Of a stretch of DNA of 34,723 bases, positions 32,840 to 34,723 are shown piece by piece (within the stretch, counting starts at the first letter, position 1; every line of letters starts with the position of its first letter). The stretch comes from a bacterium (GTDB lineage Bacteria > Patescibacteriota > Minisyncoccia > Phycocordibacterales > CALRBL01). Location: the NCBI GenBank assembly GCA_043745565.1, contig JAYTST010000009.1, positions 1 through 34,723 on the forward strand, written 5' to 3'. Below the pieces are notes generated by a model, which was given only the letters and a program-made list of their open reading frames with translations, did not search any database and had not been told where the DNA came from. The position numbers were made by a program, and so were the translations under genes.

Positions 32840-34052
32840 GATCTCGTTTGTTGGTAAAGATAAGATAATCTTCGTTGGGAGAAAGCTTAAGGTTGGTTGC
32901 GTCTATAGATTCTTTAGCTTCACTTTCAATGTTGGCAATTGTACTTATATCTCCAGTACTCACATTAATGGCAGTAATGGTGTCAGAAAAGAAAACTCTT
33001 CCTTGGTACCAAGCGTCAGGATAAAGCCCTCTCGGAATAACTTTTGGTGTTGCGCAGTAAACAATAAGAACATTTTTTGTAGACCATACGCATTTGTCGG
33101 GAATAGTAGGCGAGATAAGCTGCTTCTCTTCATCTGTTTTACTATTGTAAGTACCAAATACTAATTGGTTGTTGATATTTTGTGAGAAAAGGAAGTGTAT
33201 GCCGTCGGGTGATCCCTTAAGAACAAAACCATTTCGAGCATCAAGAAGAGGAATCAAACTTCCGTTTCTTAGGTTGACAGTGAATGCTGTATTTTGAGCT
33301 TGGGCGCTTGGAGCGGTAGTAACGAGTCCTGTTCCTGAGTTTAGAGCTTGGATATCCCACTTTTTAATGGCATGAGTGAAAAGGATTGTTTTCTTTGAAG
33401 GAAAAGTAAAAAGATCTGCTTGTGAACCTGTTGGTGTTTTTTCAATAGCAAGGAAACCATCTCTTGCCGCTGTTAAATTAAAGGAAGTAAGTTCTCCATT
33501 TACAAAAGTTCCTACTAATTCTTTGGTAGTATCTCCTTCTGTGGTTGAGGTTGCGTTCTTAAGATACCCTACAAAAGTAGATATTTTTTCTGTGACATCA
33601 TCAACTAATCTAAAAACCAAATTGTCACCTCCTCTTCCAATAAACGCTTCATAGACCTTTGGTATTGTTGTTCGACTGAGACGTGTCACTTCGTTTGAAT
33701 CAGGGGCTGTTTGGAAAATATTGCCATTAGCTCGATCAACATACCAGATGGTGGAGAGTTTACTTTTTAAGGTGACAAAATCAGCTCCAGCAACCGGGGT
33801 TGTAGTAATATGGCGAAGTCGAGGAACCGTATTGAAGGTCGTAGTAGCGTTTTCAGTACTTGTCGCAGATTGATCAATAACGGCAGGATTAATTACCGGA
33901 TTATTGTCAGTAGCGAGCCCCCCCTCTCCACCTACCACAACAGGTGTTGGTTTTTCTACTTTGGTATTTGTGAGATATAAATAACCCCCTACAACCGCAC
34001 TAACCACAACTAGAAATATTATTAAAATGAGAGCGAGATATTTTCGTGACAT
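32814..34052 (-). CDS. Membrane-anchored protein with probable TolB/PD40-like beta-propeller
   Basis: ATG at 34052 (MSRKYLALILIIFLVVVSAVVGGYL). Repeated beta-strand-rich segments with SPDG-like turns (GSPDGIHFLFS, LSPNEDYLIFT). Confidence 0.45.
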   Translation of the reverse strand: MSRKYLALILIIFLVVVSAVVGGYLYLTNTKVEKPTPVVVGGEGGLATDNNPVINPAVIDQSATSTENATTTFNTVPRLRHITTTPVAGADFVTLKSKLSTIWYVDRANGNIFQTAPDSNEVTRLSRTTIPKVYEAFIGRGGDNLVFRLVDDVTEKISTFVGYLKNATSTTEGDTTKELVGTFVNGELTSFNLTAARDGFLAIEKTPTGSQADLFTFPSKKTILFTHAIKKWDIQALNSGTGLVTTAPSAQAQNTAFTVNLRNGSLIPLLDARNGFVLKGSPDGIHFLFSQNINNQLVFGTYNSKTDEEKQLISPTIPDKCVWSTKNVLIVYCATPKVIPRGLYPDAWYQGRVFFSDTITAINVSTGDISTIANIESEAKESIDATNLKLSPNEDYLIFTNKRDLTLWSLKM

Positions 34053-34084
34053 GCTTATAGTATATACCAATTAGATTCTTCTTT

Positions 34085-34723
34085 CTATTTTGAACGATAG
34101 ATAATAACGGGAAGTCCCTTTTGGGTACCATAATAATTTATCCATTTTCCTCCTGTAAAGTTTCTTTCTACTTTGGCATCACTACTACTGTTTGAAATAA
34201 TACTTCCACAACCTGCGGTTTCACAAATTCCTACATGACCTGTGTTTGTGCCTTGGGTAGGTGAAATAATAATGTCTCCAGGGAGTGCTTGATTAATATT
34301 TCCACCAACCAAAGCAAAATGAGGGCTTGAGCTAAGCGCCGCATTCATGTCGGTAGTGCTTAAGCTATTTGTAATTGGTTTTCCGAGCGCACTTTCAACT
34401 ATTTCATTCACCGCATAAGCGCAAGCTACCCTTCCTCCGTTAGTTCCGGGAGCAGCACATGTATTGAGTGGATGGTCGGGATCGGCGGCGTACTGTGCAC
34501 TTCGAAGTATGGCGGCACCTGCCGCTTCGTCAGGTTGTTGTAAACCAGGAGTTCCAGCTGCACTTGCAGGTCCAGTTCCTGTTGGTGGAGGTGGTGGAGG
34601 AAGTTTCATTAGTTCAATTTCTTTCACCTCCACCTCCTCCAACTTCAACTCCGTACTAAGCAACCTCGGATCAACCGTCTTCAATATCACATACGAACCC
34701 AAAGCTACCAAAAGACCAAGGAG
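34085..34723 (-). CDS. Papain-like (NlpC/P60-CHAP superfamily) cysteine peptidase domain protein, N-terminus beyond the right edge
   Basis: The frame stays open to the window end (LLGLLVALGSYVIL TM helix). Poly-Pro linker LPPPPPPTGTGP. Candidate nucleophile in GGRVACAYAVNEIV and candidate His in LPGDIIISPTQGTNTGHVGICE. Confidence 0.55.
   Translation of the reverse strand, partial: LLGLLVALGSYVILKTVDPRLLSTELKLEEVEVKEIELMKLPPPPPPTGTGPASAAGTPGLQQPDEAAGAAILRSAQYAADPDHPLNTCAAPGTNGGRVACAYAVNEIVESALGKPITNSLSTTDMNAALSSSPHFALVGGNINQALPGDIIISPTQGTNTGHVGICETAGCGSIISNSSSDAKVERNFTGGKWINYYGTQKGLPVIIYRSK

Noticed and set aside
1-34723. CRISPR arrays, transposases, integrases, reverse transcriptases, recognisable defence operons
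   Set aside because: No regularly spaced short direct repeats were found, and none of the ORF translations shows the corresponding catalytic motifs.
1-34723. Alternative genetic code (UGA reassignment, as in some candidate phyla)
   Set aside because: TGA terminates well-conserved genes at the expected length (ruvA at 12797-12799, ruvC at 23764-23766). Conserved genes are uninterrupted under the standard code.

Overview
AT-rich, tightly packed bacterial chromosome segment. The gene content and the many shortened housekeeping proteins suggest a streamlined CPR/Patescibacteria (Parcubacteria-like) genome; that placement is inference only. TGA is used as a stop codon (ruvA, a DoxX-like gene), so the code is standard. 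The window contains the replication-origin neighbourhood: dnaN and dnaA on the minus strand, divergent from rpmH-rnpA-yidC, with DnaA boxes on both sides of dnaA. It also carries ruvA, ruvB-yebC-ruvC, ruvX, polA-holA, tsaE, mutM, rpsT, a SpoU methyltransferase and a class A PBP. Type IV pilus genes are present (pilM-pilN-pilO-like operon, pilB, one atypical pilin-like gene), along with five single tRNA genes: Val-TAC, Arg-TCT, Ser-TGA, Arg-GCG and Lys-TTT. An all-plus-strand accessory block lies between tRNA-Ser and tRNA-Arg (HNH, DUF4440, DUF805, SOUL, DUF2177, DUF1295, cupredoxin-like, small membrane proteins). I found no CRISPR array, reverse transcriptase, integrase or transposase. The most unusual signals are: (1) a GC-rich, monocistronic gene for a secreted Cys-rich/Pro-rich repeat protein, divergent from pilB; (2) three tRNA-Val-derived fragments beside tRNA-Val, next to unknown genes and an orphan GC-rich promoter-to-terminator unit; (3) several families of conserved non-coding repeats. 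These families are a three-block ~95-nt unit after or before consecutive accessory genes, a 76-nt duplicated leader before polA and tsaE, an 18-nt core of a near-palindromic hairpin in three unrelated contexts, a shared 3' trailer hairpin after both tRNA-Arg genes, and a 164-nt element with 25-nt terminal inverted repeats. All functional calls come from motif recognition by eye, with no database search.
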